NCBI GenBank assembly: GCA_012026655.1
Contig: JAAILG010001332.1
Coordinates: 1-64,000 of the forward strand
DNA: 64,000 bases
Direction of reading: 5' to 3'
From: Hydrolagus affinis
Lineage: Eukaryota
In this document: positions 62,158 to 64,000 of the stretch, piece after piece
How positions within the stretch are numbered: the first letter of the stretch is position 1
Layout: every line of letters begins with the position of its first letter
The notes under the pieces: generated by a model
What the model was told of the DNA's origin: nothing
The model's database searches: none
Seen by the model: only the letters and a program-made list of their open reading frames with translations
Program-made: the position numbers and the translations under genes

Positions 62158-64000
62158 AAGGTATTCAACATGAACCCCAAACGCAGGACTAGAAGACAGT
62201 TGTACAAAATTAATGAGCCTTAAGGAATTTGTACAGATTAAAAGAGTATTTTGTATCTCAGTGTAGTATTGGGTATGTAAAAACAAATTCCAGCCATAGA
62301 GAGGAAATGCTACATAATAGAACATCTTTCATAGCAGGAGATGGAAGTTACAATTGGGGCATCAAATCATTTTAGCCATGTCACGTATTAGATCCCAATG
62401 CAACTACTGTGCTTGAATGAAAACTTATGCAGTGAACTGGTTTCCAAGGTATCAGCTGAAGTTGGATATTCTCATATGGATTCCACCCCCAAAATAAACC
62501 ACGTGACCCAGGTTGAATAGACAATAAAGTAAGTAAATACTTTCTGAGGTCAGAAAGAAAACTCTAGAATAATAATAAACAGAACATGTTATTAGTTAAA
62601 AACAAAGTTACACTGTTACAAATAGGAGCAAGAGAGAAAGTGAGGAAACAGGAAGGCAGCAAAAACAAAAGTTAAATGTTTAACTGTTTTTATTTCTGGG
62701 ATTTTAAGTGTTTATTTTTAAGTTTAGTATTTCAGTAAAATAACCATTCTTGACATTTGAATGGCCATTACTGTAATCTTAATGTTTTTTCAGTGTTGTA
62801 GTATATGAAGTGAAAATGTAGGTAAAAATGATTGGAATTTCCCTTCACTCCTTTTGGAAGTGTTAAAAACATTTTCAAAATGAATTACTTTTTCCTGCAA
62901 TTCTACCACAAAGTTAATCAGCATCTAAATGATATACAGTACATTTCAAATTGATTGAAATATTCTAATAGCCAGTAAATAGTATTTTATTATGGTTAAT
63001 TTTAAGAGTAATGTACAAACATTCTGTGCAATTAAGCTCTCAAAACCCTACTAAGTGTGAAGGGCGCTTGTTGCTTGTTGCTGCAACAACTTATTGCTGT
63101 TGATTGATTGAAAATAGTGGGAAAGGCTCTTTAATTGCATTTGAAGAGTAATTAATCTCTTCAAATGCAAAGAAGTTACTGTAATCTGCAGTCAAATACT
63201 GCATCAGCAAAACACTACAATATCTACTTAAACAACTGCACTATTACGATTAAAGATAAAGCTAAAGCCTTTGTTTAAAAGTTCATTAGCATAGTTGTTT
63301 AGGAGATTAATTTTGCATGATTAGTATTTGTTTGGCTTGTCTGTCTGAGGAAATCTGTTGTCTGCCTGGGTTCTGTCAGATCATTCCCATTGCAGGTGCT
63401 TAGCTGTGATGTCTTGAACCCACCCACCAAGCCATTATTCTCCCTCTTAAATGTCCCTTCGCAACGTCCCTGGTGACAGATGATCATAACCATTGTTGGC
63501 CTCTATCACAGCCCACATGGTGACGGATTTATGTAAACCCAGGGACAGGCACGGGTTAACAAGGGTATTTGGATCCAAACGGTCAGTTAGAGAATGAGTC
63601 ACAGTGACAATTAGAAAAGTTAAATAACCCAATGACAGCCCTGTTGACAGCAGCCAGTAAAACTCTACATAGATGAAATGAGTAAATGGTGAGGCCTAAT
63701 ATACACTGTTCATATCAGAGCAGTTTTCAAAATGCAAACTCAACACGTCCTCTTACTTGAACAGATTTAAAAGTAGGACCTTCAGCATATCAGAAATCAG
63801 AGAGATTCATGGGTAGCACTCATATCTAGGCCTCACAAAGTTTTTGTGTAATAAAGCTGCCCTAATTCATGATAAACACACAGTCAGCCCCACCTCACAG
63901 TATATTCTGTGAAACACTTTGAGACATCCACATAACATGAATTGTCTTTATAAAATACAAGGATGATTATTATTATTTGCAACTCCAACCTCATATCAAG

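Overview
This is AT-rich, repeat-dense vertebrate genomic DNA in which I can recognise no host protein-coding exon, so it is probably intergenic or deep intronic. The repeat mix points to a cartilaginous fish, possibly a holocephalan such as the elephant shark; this is inferred from repeat types only. The repeats are L2-clade LINEs ending in (TGT)n, CR1 remnants, tRNA-headed SINEs with a Deu-domain-like core and L2-like tail, SacSINE1-like SINEs and Penelope-like remnants. The only long ORF is the reverse-transcriptase part of a young, 5'-truncated L2 LINE (15637-17534, minus) nested in an older L2. Three intact non-autonomous DNA transposons are present: Tc2-like (20034-20784), hAT-Charlie-like (49107-49400) and an 88-bp CCCAG-ended foldback (62070-62157). 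There are also several old palindromic elements, an 18-bp minisatellite and three assembly gaps. The most notable observations are: (i) a short non-coding Penelope-like element carrying a minimal type-I hammerhead ribozyme motif (3 remnants); (ii) a LINE/SINE pair sharing a covarying 3' stem-loop, whose SINE loop is also the Charlie target site; (iii) a chimeric SINE-core/L2-tail element with a (TTGA)n tail; (iv) multi-level nested insertions; and (v) a few enhancer-like and CTCF-like motif clusters. I cannot claim a wholly new biological system. Family names are by recalled resemblance, not by database search.
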